Shown here: positions 1 to 13,400 of the stretch, piece after piece
How the letters are laid out: every line of letters begins with the position of its first letter
How positions within the stretch are numbered: the first letter of the stretch is position 1
Source of the DNA: Marsupella aquatica
Taxonomy: Eukaryota > Plantae > Marchantiophyta
Length of the DNA stretch: 64,000 nucleotides
Reading direction: 5' to 3'
Assembly (NCBI GenBank): GCA_973895155.1
Contig: OZ316897.1
Span: 7,678,470 to 7,742,469, forward strand
Position numbers and translations under genes: made by a program
Notes under the pieces: model-generated
Seen by the model: the letters and a program-made list of their open reading frames with translations, nothing else
What the model was told of the DNA's origin: nothing
Database searches by the model: none

Positions 1-570
1 AACAACGACTAGCTTGTGACCATTTAGTGTCACAAGATAGACCAATGGGGACCCTGGCCTGGGTCACACAACAGAACCATTTGAGACTCTATATACTCAT
101 GTTTATAACTAATAAGGTTCACATGCAAGTTGTAACCATGACTAATGAACACAGAGGGACAGTTCATAAGGAGAGAGAGCACTCCACATTTTAATACATA
201 GAAACACTGATGTTCTAACTTTAGAAATATAACACATTGAATACAAGAAATGAACATAGCATGAATGACATCCACATGAAACAAAGCATCATATAAGCAG
301 ATCCTACATAAAAAATTCATAAGAATTAAACAGAATCACAATCTTGCTAAAAAATGAAGATCATTTGAATTCCAATGGAATAGTTTACAATGTGATCAAT
401 GTAATTCAGACAAAACAGGAACTCATAACTGATGACTGCAGGATGAGATAACTGAAAGCACATGCATGATACTATGAATCTCCAAGAGGACATGATTCTT
501 GTACTGTTTCTTGAGATCTAAAATCTACATAACATGACTCACACTACAAACAAATAATGGCATGACATTG

Positions 571-2280
571 TTATGGATCCTCTATGAACTTGGTTGGCCA
601 TAATACCAAAGAACCTGCACCATCTCCAAGTGTCTTCTGAGGAGGATCATCATTTGTGTTTGGAATGGGAATGACAGCTTTAAGTTTCACTAGTAATGTA
701 ACTAACACTATTGAAAAACCTGGGGGAATCCTCTTGCCATGGAACGTTGTAGAACCAACCTGCACTCTGCCAAATCCTACTCGTGTTCCACTCTCATCAA
801 CAGCTAACAAGCCACTTTGTCCCTCAGCATTAGGTGCTTTCCCCACTTCCACCTTAGATCTTTTTGCCAGCACCGTTCTTGGAGGTTTGTATGAAACCTT
901 TGACGTGGCTCTACTCCCACCAGCAGACTTGCTTTGTGTGCGCATGCTTCCTCTCTTCACAGTAGTGAAGCTAGGCTCAGTAGGTTCCTCTCTTAGGACT
1001 ATCACAGTAGCACGTTCCTCACCTGGGAGTGTCATACCAACTAACTCGTTGGTTGGATTTATCTCAACAAGAGGAGTATTTTTTGTAATTAAATAGGCCT
1101 ATGTGTTCTTTAAAGTCAACCAGTCAATAAAACATGCCCTATGTGTTCTTCCACCAAACTTTGGAAGTCTTCCGCCACACCCATTTAAATGGGCCTATAC
1201 TTTGTTGCGCGTGATGTGCCACTTCCGTGGAAGTGAACCCCCCGAGATAAGAACAAGTGACTCCCATGTAATAGTCTATACCAAACCATGCAATCTAGCT
1301 ACAACCCAAGACCTATGATAAGCTTAACCTAATGCCTGAACTCCTCATCGGTGAGCACCCCAAATTCTAAAGCATTCTTCAAAATTTCAATCTGGTTCTT
1401 CTTTTGTCTATCTATAGCGAGCGAGACTTTCTTCTCAAGATAAGCTTCTCTCGTCACATTGGACTGAGTGAAGGCTTCTGCCAATGCTGCAAAGCTGGTT
1501 GATTGTTTCATCAACATCTGTCCTTTTGTCATGTGCACCTTCTCACTGAATTTTGATGGGGCATCTAGGGGCTTGGTTGCGCTGGTGCCATCCCGGACAA
1601 CATACTGTGGGGTTGCTGGTGATGGAACTCGTGGCACAACTAGGGGGCAGGTGCTACAATGGAAGGAATTGAAGCAATGCCATCAATAATGCTTTGCCTC
1701 CGTTTTAAGACATTCCTCTTTGCATGACCATTGGTTTTTTGGAGATGTTGAAAGGCCTCCTCATCTTTTAAGGCAATACGGTCTCCATTCTCCTCGTTTG
1801 AAGTCCCTATCTTCAACTCCTTCAAAGCATCACGAAGCTTCTCTTTCAATGTGTCTTCAGCAAAGGGAGATTGGGGATACTTCCGAATATATTTCTCATG
1901 GACCTTCTTCCAAACAACACTCGGAACCAATTGGTTCACTTTCTACTTCCTGCCCTTGGAGTAATCACTGAAAGCCATAGAATAGGCTGCCACCAGAGTG
2001 CTCAAGTGCATGGAATCCACCAATGTGCACGAGGAAGCACATTTGGATTGTGCTCTTTCATCCATTCAGGTTTAGAGCCACAACTATGGTTCGGGTCAAT
2101 GTTCTCCTGGTTGTGAGTGAAAGCCTTGTAGCTGTTGTCAGAAGATTCATTGCTGACTTCACTCTGACTTTCAATGAGTTCAGTGAGCTTGATCAGCGGA
2201 GGCAATTCAGATCCAAGTTGCATGTGCCCTTCCAAGTCCCTATTGCGAGCAACTTGCTTCATGGTTGGCATTCCTGTCAA
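571..2280 (-). pseudogene. Decayed DNA-transposon accessory gene(s): Myb/SANT(trihelix)-like segment and a Tnp1/EnSpm-like C-terminal domain
   Basis: Collinear broken ORFs 2002-2280, 1640-1939 (VWKKVHEKY...EDTLKEKLR, trihelix-like), 1329-1637 (LKNALEFGVLTDEEF) and 571-1035 (GRV...FHGKRIPPG..IV.V...IPIP...TLGDGAGSLVLWP, resembling the CACTA Tnp1-type domain). Stops and frameshifts lie between them. Confidence 0.5.
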
Positions 2281-2321
2281 TCACATAAACAGCCAGCCGG
2301 TTTCTTAAACAGCCAGCCGGT

Positions 2322-3624
2322 TTAAACGCAATCACATCACATCGTGCTAGCAGCAGTTTTGTGACATTTCCACACCAGTCAGAACCTTCAAGGTCATGAA
2401 TGGGGTCCTGCATAAGATTGCTACATCAGCCCCCCCATCAGACACAACCTTACATCGTGTGGTGACCAGATCCCACAGGACCACTGGCCCCCATCACTTG
2501 CGCATTGGGCGACCAACCAATCTATTGGCTATGCTACTCCAATATGAATGGAAGGACGGAACTCCATTCCTGGAGACTAACACTGCTCATCTCAGGGAGA
2601 TCCAGGGCCCACTCAGGACAACAACTCACAAGGCGGTAAGGAAGTGGGCAATTCAACTGAATTGGACCCCCAACCTGAAGATGTTGTGGGCTAATACTTG
2701 GATTCCTTACTAGGCTGCGAATGAGAATTGTTTCTTATGGCAATTAATCTACAGGATACCAGCTACACATCACTGGCGCCTACCGACTCTTCCACCGACG
2801 GATCCCGACACATGGTGCACTAGATGTACTCTTAATCAGCATGAAGACCTGGTTCACTGCATATGGAGTTGCCCAGTCTCAAAATCAGTTTGGTCATGGG
2901 TCCAGTACGTTCTACAGAAGGTGGCAACCACCAGCAACAGCAGCATTCAACTCCAACCAGCTCACATTTTTGTTGGGGCTCCTCTGTCTGATTTCTAGGA
3001 TGTACCAGAGAAATTATGGCATACCCTACAGGCCATTACTTGCTGGTACATTTGGAAGGATCGCAACTCACATTGCATCAAACTTACTAGATCGAAGGTG
3101 AGGACAGTAATTCAGATGTCTTGGCACCGCCTTAGTGTGTACCTCCGTCGAGATTGGTCTAATCACAAGTCCAAAATTCAGTCTGGCAAGTCCTCTTTTG
3201 CAGATGCGTTCAATGACATGTCTGTCAACTATGGGACCTTGGCTGGGCTGTGGGATATCCACGAGGAGATACTCCAAGTGCCACCACGCCCGCCATGAAT
3301 CACCTATGTTCAGGTTGGGGAGCTTTGCTGCAGGTTAGGCCAATAGTTTTTTTGCGACTCTATCACGGATCCACTAATGGGTACCCTGCCGGTTCCCTGT
3401 TCACTGGCCGGTCTTTGGGGGTTTTGCCGCTCCTTCTGCAGTTGTTAAATTTCTTGTTTAGCTCCCATTTTGGGATTGCTTCTTCCCTGGTGCCGGCCCC
3501 CCCGGCTTGTGTGGCTTAATGACCTCCGGGTCCACCTAGGTGCCGACCCCCTTTGTGGGCCACCCCCATTGTATGTTGGCTTTTTTAATGAAATTCAATT
3601 GGTTTTTTCGAGGCAACAAAAAAA
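2322..3624 (+). mobile_element. 5'-truncated L1-clade LINE (zf-RVT end of ORF2, 3'UTR, poly-A)
   Basis: Reading through the TAG at 2711-2713 gives CFLWQLIYRIPAT...WCTRCTLNQHEDLVHCIWSC (zf-RVT). Poly-A at ~3618-3627. Probable 15-bp TSD aaacagc(c/t)agccggt at 2307-2321 and 3625-3639, preceded by TT. Confidence 0.8.
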
Positions 3625-4080
3625 AAACAGCTAGCCGGTCATCATTCCAAACATAATTAGAATTGCAAATTGAGCAGACTTTCAATTGAACTAGGTTTTC
3701 AATTAGCACAACATATAAATTCCAATTCACTGGTCAGCCATAGGAAATGTAATAGATATGAGCATCGAGCCTGACTAGGACTTAGAGTGGACTTTCTTAC
3801 TTCTATGAGCCGATGACATAGTGACCTGTCAATCATAGTCCTCAAAAGAGTGTAGAGTGCCTGTAGTATGAAAAGCAGTGCGTAGACAAAGATTGAGAAT
3901 GTGTTGATCCACAATGGAATGCATAGAGTGCAATCCTTGAGAGAATCTTTGTGCTTTTGTAGTGACCTCGATTGTGACCAAGATTCATCCCCTGTGGTGA
4001 GCCTAGCAACCATGCTTGATGCCTATCAGGTTCATCCATCCCTTTGTGCAACAATTTCTTGTGCCGTCTCACCTAAGATT

Positions 4081-4372
4081 ACAATTGCATCCCACCCAAC
4101 CACACAAAATTCCTCTTGTCCACTTCTCATTGCTTCTCAATGAATTCTTCCCCACCAACGTCCATAAAATCTCCATAGCTTCTCATGCCTGCAACATAGG
4201 CTCTATGATGCATTGGATGCTAATTCACCCAACAACACAATTGCATCCCACCAAACCACACAAAATTCCTCCCGCACACTTCTCATCGCCGCTCAATCAA
4301 TTCTTCCCCACTGGCGTCCATAAAATCTGCATCACTTCTCATGCCTGCAAGTAGGCTCTATGATGCATTGGA
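4081..4372. repeat. Diverged tandem duplication, ~156-bp period
   Basis: acaattgcatcccacc...ggctctatgatgcattgga at 4081-4217 and 4237-4372. Confidence 0.85.
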
Positions 4373-4544
4373 ATGTCAAAGGCCAAAGGTAATCCATGCC
4401 CTCTATTCAGTGAAGAACATCGGCTCTTCCAACACTCACGCTTGCAGCCTGGATACGCAGCTAGATGCAACAGGCGATGCGGAGTCATGAACTGTGCAAG
4501 CCCCTTGGCAGGTGCAAACTCTAGCGACCTCCTCTTTGGGACGT

Positions 4545-5952
4545 TGTCATGGGGATTCCTTTTAGAAGGCTAGAATCCATATTGTGTTATTTGAGTTTAT
4601 GTGAAGAGGGTTTTACTTAAAAGCTTCATAGTAGTACTATTAGAGCATATATATTACATTCTATATGTAGTGTATACATTCTACAATGGTACACAGTAGT
4701 TCCACCATTTACGCATAGTAGTTTCACCAACTACGCATAGTAGTTGCACCAATTATGTATAGTAGTTTCACCAACTACACATAGTAGTTGCACCAATTAC
4801 GCATAGTAGTTCCACCAATTACGCGTAATAATTCCACCAACTACGCACAGTAGTTCCACCAACTATGAATAGTACTAGCACACTTATAGGTGCTTGATGC
4901 TTGCCACTTGGCTTCCATTCAAGGGTCAAGGCATCAATCCATGCCCTCTTGGAAAATACAAAGGGGCACTATAAATAAAGTGAAGAGGAGCACACTCTCC
5001 TCATTCGCATTATTTGATCTATCGTGTTGGACTTGCAATACTATAAGGAACTCTTCCCCTCTTGTGCACATGTCTTGTTTATTATTTACCTCCATGCTTG
5101 GGTACTAACTTGATTGTTAGCCTTAGAACTATTTTAAGTTTTATGTTTATTAGTCTTGAGATCAATTTAGAGTGCTTGTAATGAATAATATGATAAATAG
5201 AGTACCTAGAGTTTATACCCCACCTGCTGTGCCATTTGTCAATCCTTTCTTAATTAAAATTCATTGTCTTAGCAAGCATATCATGAGAATGCATCTTCTT
5301 TATCATTTTGGGTTTGAGTTAATGAAAACAGTTATGAATAGCGATGCACCATTTGTATATCCGATTGTTGTTTATGGAAATGAATGGAATGTAACTATTT
5401 TTATTTTATATTAGATGGATTTTTATAGACAATCCGTAAATGTACCGGAGTTAGATTTGAATAGGCTTCCTAATAATGTGTCTGATTTTCCTTCATCTAT
5501 TGACATTAGAGTGGTATGCCGTAAGAAGGTTGATTGTAGAGATGTTTTAGTTATAAAGTATGGAGATGAAAGATACAATATTATGCTTAGGATGCCAGAG
5601 CCTGTGATTATATCATCTATGGTAAATCTTAAGATCATAGTCTTTGTTTTCTATAATTGACTTATCTAATTGTAGGATTCGTTGGAAATTGCAATCTATG
5701 ACTTGACTTGGGAAGTAAGTTATGTGGAAAGAAGATAGGCCGATTCGAGGCTTAGTGTGAGGAAGCCGCTCATCGTAGAGTGGGACAAAGGCTGTGAGAG
5801 ATATTTTAGAGGATAACGGTGAGAGAAATTGATCGACAAAGAGGATCGCAAGGGTAATGTGAGGTGAGAAAAGACGTATTTTGGAAAGGTTTCTTCCAAG
5901 ATAGGAAAAACAAGAGCTCGGTGCTTCCCAAGAACTAAAGATTCCCCCGACA
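4545..5952 (+). repeat. Gypsy 5' LTR (1408 bp)
   Basis: Starts tgtcatggggattc and ends attcccccgaca (terminal inverted repeat TG...CA). Its first ~375 bp match 21859-22278. Confidence 0.9.
4697..4872. repeat. 21-bp tandem array in Gypsy LTR U3 (caccaactacgcatagtagtt-type)
   Basis: About 8 units here and about 10 units in the 3' LTR copy (~22010-22230). Each unit contains the palindrome aactac-N5-gtagtt. Confidence 0.9.
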
Positions 5953-5956
5953 TAAG

Positions 5957-5974
5957 TGGCGACCATACTGGGGA
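5957..5974 (+). promoter_or_regulatory. Primer binding site, probably tRNA-Arg
   Basis: tggcgaccatactgggga 4 nt after the LTR end; resembles the tRNA-Arg-type PBS TGGCGACTCCACTGGGGA of Tat/Ogre elements. Confidence 0.7.
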
Positions 5975-6119
5975 ACTCTTGGGGCCTATTTTTGGAAGAA
6001 AAAAGGAAGTATTGCATTACTAGAAGAGGCTAACTTGCTTTACTAGACAATTGGTCTAGGGACACCTAGGTGGTGGGTGCCTATTCATTGCGAGAGAGTA
6101 AACAAGTTGATATATAGCA

Positions 6120-8367
6120 ATGCCTAACAGTACTGACATGGGAGACTCAAGTATGTCCCCCAACACTATGGACATGGATACCATGTCTAGAATGTTGTTA
6201 ACTTTGATGCAGAGTATGAAACAAACCGATACAGTAGAAAATCAAAAGAGAGAGCAAGCACATTGTGCAACAAGGTGCTTGAGGAAGGTTCTTGAGAAGA
6301 ATGGGAAATTTGATGGTCGTAATGTAACTCGTTACATGAAGACCTATTGGCAAGAGGCTACTATTGAGCAACTTTCAGAAGAGGTTGCAATTTGTCAATT
6401 TTCAACATTGGTGGAGCCAGAATTAAAAGGGATCGTTGATGCTATAGTTCTTGAGGCATCAAAAGACAAGACATGGAGACCATGTTTTGAGAAATGCATG
6501 AAGGAGGAATTCCAATTGGAGGATGTTGATCGAATTACACAAGTGACATTTTGTGATTGGGTCCATGAGAGGAACAAGAAATTGGGGCCACAAGAACTAT
6601 TGCGAGAGTTCAACAAGAAGTTCAATCAACTTCCAGATTCAGAGGCACAAGTCATCCGGATGCAGAGGTGTACTCTATTTCTTAGAGCTGCAGATGAGAA
6701 GCTAAGGGATGAGTTGGAGAATGCTTTGGATCTAATTGATCCAGATCGTACTGACTCTTCTACAAATTGGGAGAACATTGAGAAGGCAGTGATGAAGGTA
6801 AGTCATCGACATAGAAGAAGAGACTTGGATCAAGAGGCTATCAGTGGAGTTCCAAGTCAAACCAAGACATCAATCACTACAAGGATGGATAATACTACTA
6901 GTGGGGATGAGAAGAAGGAGATCAAGTCCACGGCACAAGAAGGCAAAGGAGGAGTAGTTGAAAAGCTTGCTGATTTGATGAGGAACTTGACCATTCTTAC
7001 AACCCAAGTTCTAAACCAGACGCAAGCAACCAAGACTACAACAACAACAAATCGCACATGGAATTGCATGTGGTGTGACAGCAAGGAGCATAGAAGAAAT
7101 GATTGCACTGAACTTTCTGCAGCACTTCGAAATCAACTTGTGAAGTTTGTTGGTGAGCAAGGACAAAAAAAGCTTGCATACTACAACACTGAGGAACTTA
7201 TACCACTCAACAATAATCGTGGAGGGATGAGAGCCTTAGTGGAGAAAAAGTTGGCAACAGAAGGAGTAGACACAGCAGCAACTGTAATCGAGCCTAACAT
7301 TTTTGCTGCAACAAGTTATTTTTCAAAAAAGGTACTTGATGAGACAGGAAAGAAAAAGCTTGCTGACTACATTCGTCAACAAACTGGATGGGATACTCCT
7401 GTGTTAATAGCCCCAATTACTGCAGAAGTTGGAGCTACATGGGAAGCAAGAGTGGAGGACAAGCGCAAAACTCCTTCAAGTGATGAGCCAAGAGGAAAGA
7501 TGCCAAGAAGAGAAACTTCAGATTCACCAATGGAGGAAGAGAAGAAGAATGAGAAGTCAACCAAAAAGGGACCTGGGTGGATACTAGGCCATGATGTGGA
7601 ACAAACAATTGAACCAGAGAGAATTGCTGATAAGTTTTGGAAGCAAGAAGCCCATGGTTTTACAAATGAGGAGTTCTTTGGGAGTTTGAGGAAAGACATA
7701 CAAGAAGCAATTCTTACAAGATCAAAGAAGAAACATTTTTACAAAGAGGGTCCTCATGCTCTAGCTGGGGAGATGGAGGATTCAGACAATGAAGGAGAAA
7801 CTAAGAGCGTGAGCATTTGTGCAATACAAGTTGAAGACAACAAAGTTGAGGAAGATTCCTATCATGCTAAATCTATAAAAGAAATGGAGTCATATTGGGC
7901 AAGAGCTTGTGATGAAGTTGAGGTGGAGCTGATTGGAGTCAAAGGTCCTATCAAGGCACTTATAGATTCAGGATCAGAGGTGAATCTAATGTCAAGGGAG
8001 CTCTACAACCAAGGAAGGTGGAAGGTGGATCGAGACATCCAATGGAAGGTGAAATCAGTGAATGCAAATCACAATTCTTTGTAGGGAGCTTGTCTTGATG
8101 TGAAGCTTAAGGTAGGAAATGTGCTTGAAGACATCAATATCTTTGTTCATGATTCCTTACCTTATCCACTTCTTCTAGGACAACCTTTCATTACAGAATG
8201 GAGACTAGAGACTAAGGTTCTTGATATATGATGGCACTCATATGGCCAAAGTCAAGAGTAAGGATAATCTTCGTGTTATCCAATTTCCAACAGTTCGTCC
8301 GGATCATGTGAGAAATAGGAAGGAGCTGAGAGCAAGTGAAGAGATGAAGGACCAAGAAAATTTCTGA
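6120..8367 (+). pseudogene. Gypsy Gag-protease ORF1
   Basis: Gag (KFDGRNVTRYM), zinc knuckle CMWCDSKEHRRNDC and protease ALIDSGSEVNLM. Premature TAG at 8082-8084 and a 4-bp insertion near 8225, after which the frame continues (LLLGQPF...) to TGA at 8365-8367. Confidence 0.85.
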
Positions 8368-8422
8368 TTGGCATCCCGTTAATGAGGGTGAGTAGGCAGG
8401 ATGCCAATGTGAGTGACTCACC
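8358..8422 (+). promoter_or_regulatory. Putative -1 ribosomal frameshift signal (A_AAU_UUC plus stem-loop/pseudoknot)
   Basis: Heptamer 8358-8364 is in the correct phase directly before the ORF1 stop, and the -1 frame is open into RT. Stem attggcatcc(8367-8376)/ggatgccaat(8399-8408); loop ggtgagt is complementary to actcacc (8416-8422). Confidence 0.7.
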
Positions 8423-9743
8423 AAACATAAGATTTTCCTCGTCTTCGTTTGTAGCTATAGGGAGAGATAGAGAGGTTTCATATATGCAAGTTAGAGAGGC
8501 ATCAAGAAAATTGAAAAAGAGAATTGAAAGAAGTAAGGCTATGTTAGTTAGTCAAGGTGTTATGGATTTAAGTGATAACATAGAGGGTGTGCTAGATGAG
8601 CAAGGTTGTTGTCCCACTTTGCAACAAGTTATAGTAGATTTGAATGATGGAAAGGGTGAGATAGAAGTAGGCCCATTGCTATATCAGCATATAGAAGAGT
8701 TGGTTGAGGTGAACACAAAGTACAAGACAATAGATAAGAAGGTTAGACCAGCAGCCACACCTCTACCAGCTGATGCAAGAGATATTTTAAGAAGTGCTAG
8801 CAAGGAGCCTAGTTTGAGAGATAAAAGAAAAATTGGACATACATTCATAGAAGATACTTTGAACCAATTGCAAATTGGTGATGATGGACTACTTACCATG
8901 ATCGAGAAGGAGGCATTCAAAAAGATGATCAAAGAGCATGGGAGGGAATTTTCCTTTTCTATGGAGGAGATAGGATGTGTGGATCCACAGAAGGTAACAC
9001 CAATGGTTATTTTTACAGTTCCACACATACCATGGGATTTGAAGCCAATTTCAGTTCCAAGAGCACTAACACCAAAGTTGATAGCATTGTTGAAAGAGAA
9101 GTTAGATGCTAAGATACTTGAGAGATCAGATGCACCATACTCCAATCGGTGGTTCACAGTGCAGAAGAAGAATGGGAAGCTACGTTTCATTCAAGACATG
9201 CAGCCACCAAACAAAGTCACAATTCGGAATGTTAGAGTTGGACCTGTGGTAGACGAGTATGCTGAAGACTTTGTTGGGAGGGTCATCTATTCCATTGGAG
9301 ACTTGTACTCAGGGTATGATCAATTCCAACTTTCTCAAAGTAGTAGGGATATCACCACCATGAGAACTCCACTTGGACTTTTGCATATGTGCACCTTGCC
9401 ACAAGGTGCTACTAATTCTGTTGCACATATGCAAAATGCTATGAATAAGATTTTGGAGTCTTTCATTCCACAGAAAACTAGACCATTCCTTAATGATATG
9501 CCAATCAAAGGATGTTTGGAAGAACTCAAGGATGAGACACTCCGAAAGGATGGGATACGTCAATTTGTTTGGGAACACATGAAGGATGTAGGGGCTATAC
9601 TAAAGAAGTTTATTGAGGTGGGAGTTACACTCTCAGGAGAAAAATCAGCATTTGGCTTGAGAGAAGTCAAAGTGGTTGGGCAGATGTGTGGGCCCTATGG
9701 AAGAAAGCCAAGTAAGGAGAAGGTGGAAGCAATCAGCCAAATA
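8358..9743 (+). CDS. Gypsy reverse transcriptase, 5' part of pol
   Basis: ORF 8382-9749: KKNGKLRFIQD, DLYSGYDQ, LPQGATNS and FLNDM (degenerate YxDD). Cut by the CACTA insertion at 9744. Confidence 0.9.
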
Positions 9744-10429
9744 CACTAGTATATTTTTGCTCATTTTCCGATGCTCCCGCTGAAACATGAAACAGGCATC
9801 CGATAGCCAGAGTTACGCAAACTTTCGTTCACAAAAATATCGGAACTTGCGATCCCCACAGCTTCGGAAACACAGTATCCGATTTCCAAAACATCGGACA
9901 TAATTTGCGATACTCCTAATATCGGAACATATCCGATGTCTTGACTATCGGACCCCTCTTCTAAAAATTGTTACTAAATTTCCGATCCCTGAAGTATCGC
10001 ATTTGATGTCCGATTGAGTAAATTACGGAAATATTGCGATCAAAAATGTATTGCTTAGTGCTTCCGATAGGTTGGGTATTGGAAATGTTTTCCGAAGTAG
10101 TGTGTATCACAAATAAGTCCGATGCTACAAGAATCGGAAATGGAGTCCGAAAGGGTTTATATCGGATATATGTAGTTCGAGGTCAAGATTTGAACAAGGA
10201 TGGGCTTCCGTTGTTTTAAGCATGGGAAATGGTATCGGGAATAAATGGACGTGACTCAAATGCATATATTATTTAGGGATTGCAATTTGGATTGTGTCAA
10301 GGGACTATATACAGTTGTATCCAAAATTATATCCAACCAATGAATCTTTGGGCATGTGTGAAATGACATGACAAAATGTATATGATATCCATGAAGATAA
10401 AACATATAGGGGTTTTACCTAGGTCGCAT

Positions 10430-13400
10430 CTATTGTAATGAGGGGTCCAAATCCTCTACTACAACTACACTTGGCTTGTCTTGAACAATGGATCGTGAGC
10501 GAGGGATGTAAGGCATAACAATGGACCACTCTGGGTCATTCGGATAAGGAAGATAGAAAGATTGCTCCAAATGATGGGGAAATGCAAATGGATCTGAGGT
10601 CCTCCAATTGGAACTAATGACACTAGTTGCACTGGTCTTCAATCGTGTGAACCCACATGCATCTTCTTCACAGGTCCGATTATGGCCAACAAGATTCATC
10701 CGAAACTATTTGCACTTGAACACCACCTCCTCCAAGGTTGTATGGGCATGATAATTTACGATAAGAATCTCCTCTATCTTCCCATAGTGGGCCACAGTTG
10801 AACGTATTGGATTCCGGTCAGAAGTGCTACTTTGTGACTCTTGGGTGAACCACCCCATCACCCCACAATCTTGTGTTGCTGCTCTCTTCATATCAAGATG
10901 TTGGATTCGAAAATGCCTCCCCTTTGACCACATGGCTGTTCGAGTCGTGACCATGAGTAATGGACCATGAACAAGGGTGCGAATGTCACTGGTGACCTTC
11001 GGAAAGTGCAAAACACTCTCACCCTGACCCAACAAGGCATCAATCTCTGTCAACTTCTCCTTCATATATGGGAGAAACTTGGGGAAGAGGCGTGGCCGAC
11101 GACTATTACTCTTCTCCTCCTCATAAAATGCAGCCCACTCCCCTGCAATCTCTGGTGAGTTATACAACATGAATGTGGTGAGTTGCAGACGTTCAGCAGA
11201 GCCTAGTAGTCGTTCTCCCTTTGCTCCAGTGAGTCTATCCTCTTCATAATCTGCCTCTCGTGCTGACTCATCTATCCAACCCCTTGGAGCATTTGGATCA
11301 AGTGTAGCCACAATGTTCGTACAATAGAACATACTCTCTGCTCCAAGGTGACGTTCGGCAATGCTACCTTCCACCCTAGCACGGTTTGATACATATGATT
11401 TCATGACTCCCATGAATCGCTCTACCCAATATATCCAACGACAATGTACTGGGCCTGCAATGGCTACTTCACGCACTAGATGTACAAGAAAATGAACTTG
11501 ACCATCAAAGAAGGAAGGAGGGAGTGCTCGCTCCAACTTGCACACAACCTCCACTCCAAATACCTCCATGGCAGCAATCTCTCCCTCGTTGACCTCCTTT
11601 TGACAAACCCATCTCAACAATCTACCCAATGACCAAAGTGCATCCCGAAGATCCTCGCTGCCCAATCCAATAATAGCAACTGGAATAACGTGCTGCAATA
11701 GACGATGATAATCGTGGGTCTTCAAGAAAGCTGGCCATTTTGGAGAGTCATCTCCACCAAATGCCTTGCAAAGATTGGCACCATACCCTGTAGGAAACCG
11801 CATTGACCCTATCCGCTTGCGAAACTCTATTCGCTCACTCCTTGTGAAAACCCATGGGGGATGGATAGTAAGGGGAGGGTCAGGGTCCATAGATGGCCAA
11901 AAACCATGAAGGCCATGCATCCCCATCTCCTCACAACTCTCCCTCCAATTGTTGTTTTTGTCTCCATATAGATGGCGGATCAATGACCTCCCAACATTCC
12001 CCTCAATATGCATAGGGTCCAATAGATGATTTATCGGCATGTGTTCCCAATATGGAAGTTGTGCCAATGCAGACAAACGGGTCATGCCACATCTAGCCAA
12101 GGGTAATGGGTCATCTGGATCAGTCACCCTCTCCCGTACCTCCTTCCAATATATTGGGTCCTTCGGTAAAGGTTGAGGTCTTGTGTCTGGCTGGCCCTCA
12201 TCCGTGTCATACAAAAATGGATCATACCTCCAGTCATGCCCCTCAGGAAGATACTTTGTGTGACCAATGTAAACTATCTTCCGCAGGGTGGTAGACTTTG
12301 GGCGTGCCACTCCCTCCAAGTCTGGTCCACAAGTTGGGCAAGCACGATATCCAAAAGTTTGCAAGCCAGAAATATATCCAAACCCTTCACAAACAATGGT
12401 CACAAATTAAAACCCATTAAGTTTTGAAACCAAACCAAAGGGAAAAAAATAAACAGAACGATATATATATATGGGTAGCTGCACAAGCCATACTTAATTT
12501 ATAAAGAGTTGGGTATCTGGAAGATCATGCATGGTCCACATAAGAATGACTTTGAGCTTAAACTCACGGGGTAAGCCCCCTGTATGCACTCGACCATCAT
12601 AGCAATCCACTCCCCCCCAAAGTTTCTGTAGCTCCTCAATCAACGGTTGCAAGTATACATCAATCTTCTTCACTTGCTTAGGGCCAGGAATAATCATAGA
12701 TAGGAGCAAATGACCCTTCTTCATGGCCATCCATGGTGGGATGTTGTAGTTAGTGAGGACTACTGGCCATACAGAGTATGGTTTGGCCTTGCCGGCCAGT
12801 GCAAATGGGCTAATGCCGTCTGATGCCAAACCAAGGCGAACATGACGAGGGTCAGTCTTGAACTCACCCCAACGCTCTTCCACAAATCTGTTTGCAGGAG
12901 AGTCAACCATCATGCGCATGGTTGGATCCTGAGTAGTGTCTGAACGGTGTTGGGAATGCCATACCATATACTTAGCCAACTCTGCACATCGAAACTGGTG
13001 ACGCAAACGAGGAATAAGGGGAAAGTATCTCATAACCTTTTGAGGTACTCTTCCTGTCAACATATCCTCACGATATCTTGGCGCGTTGCACACAGGACAT
13101 GTAAGAGCATTTGAGTGCTCCTTCCTGAACAAAACACAATCATTCACACAAGCATGTATGACCTCATACTTGAGGCCTATGGACTTCAACACTTTCTTTG
13201 CCTCTTTCCATGATGCTGGCAAGTTATTCTCCTCTGGTAACATACGATCATGCAATGTCCTGAAAATATCATCAAGAAGCAAGTTGCTTGCTCCATGTCT
13301 TTGCTGCAAGTTCAGTAATAACATGATTGCTGAAAGACGAGATAATCTAGACCCCTCAAAAAGACGAGTCCGTGCATGCTCTTGAGCCTCCTCCCACTGG

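Noticed and set aside
4697-4872. CRISPR-like palindromic repeat array
   Set aside because: Units are head-to-tail with no unique spacers, lie within an LTR, are repeated in the other LTR, and no cas genes are present.
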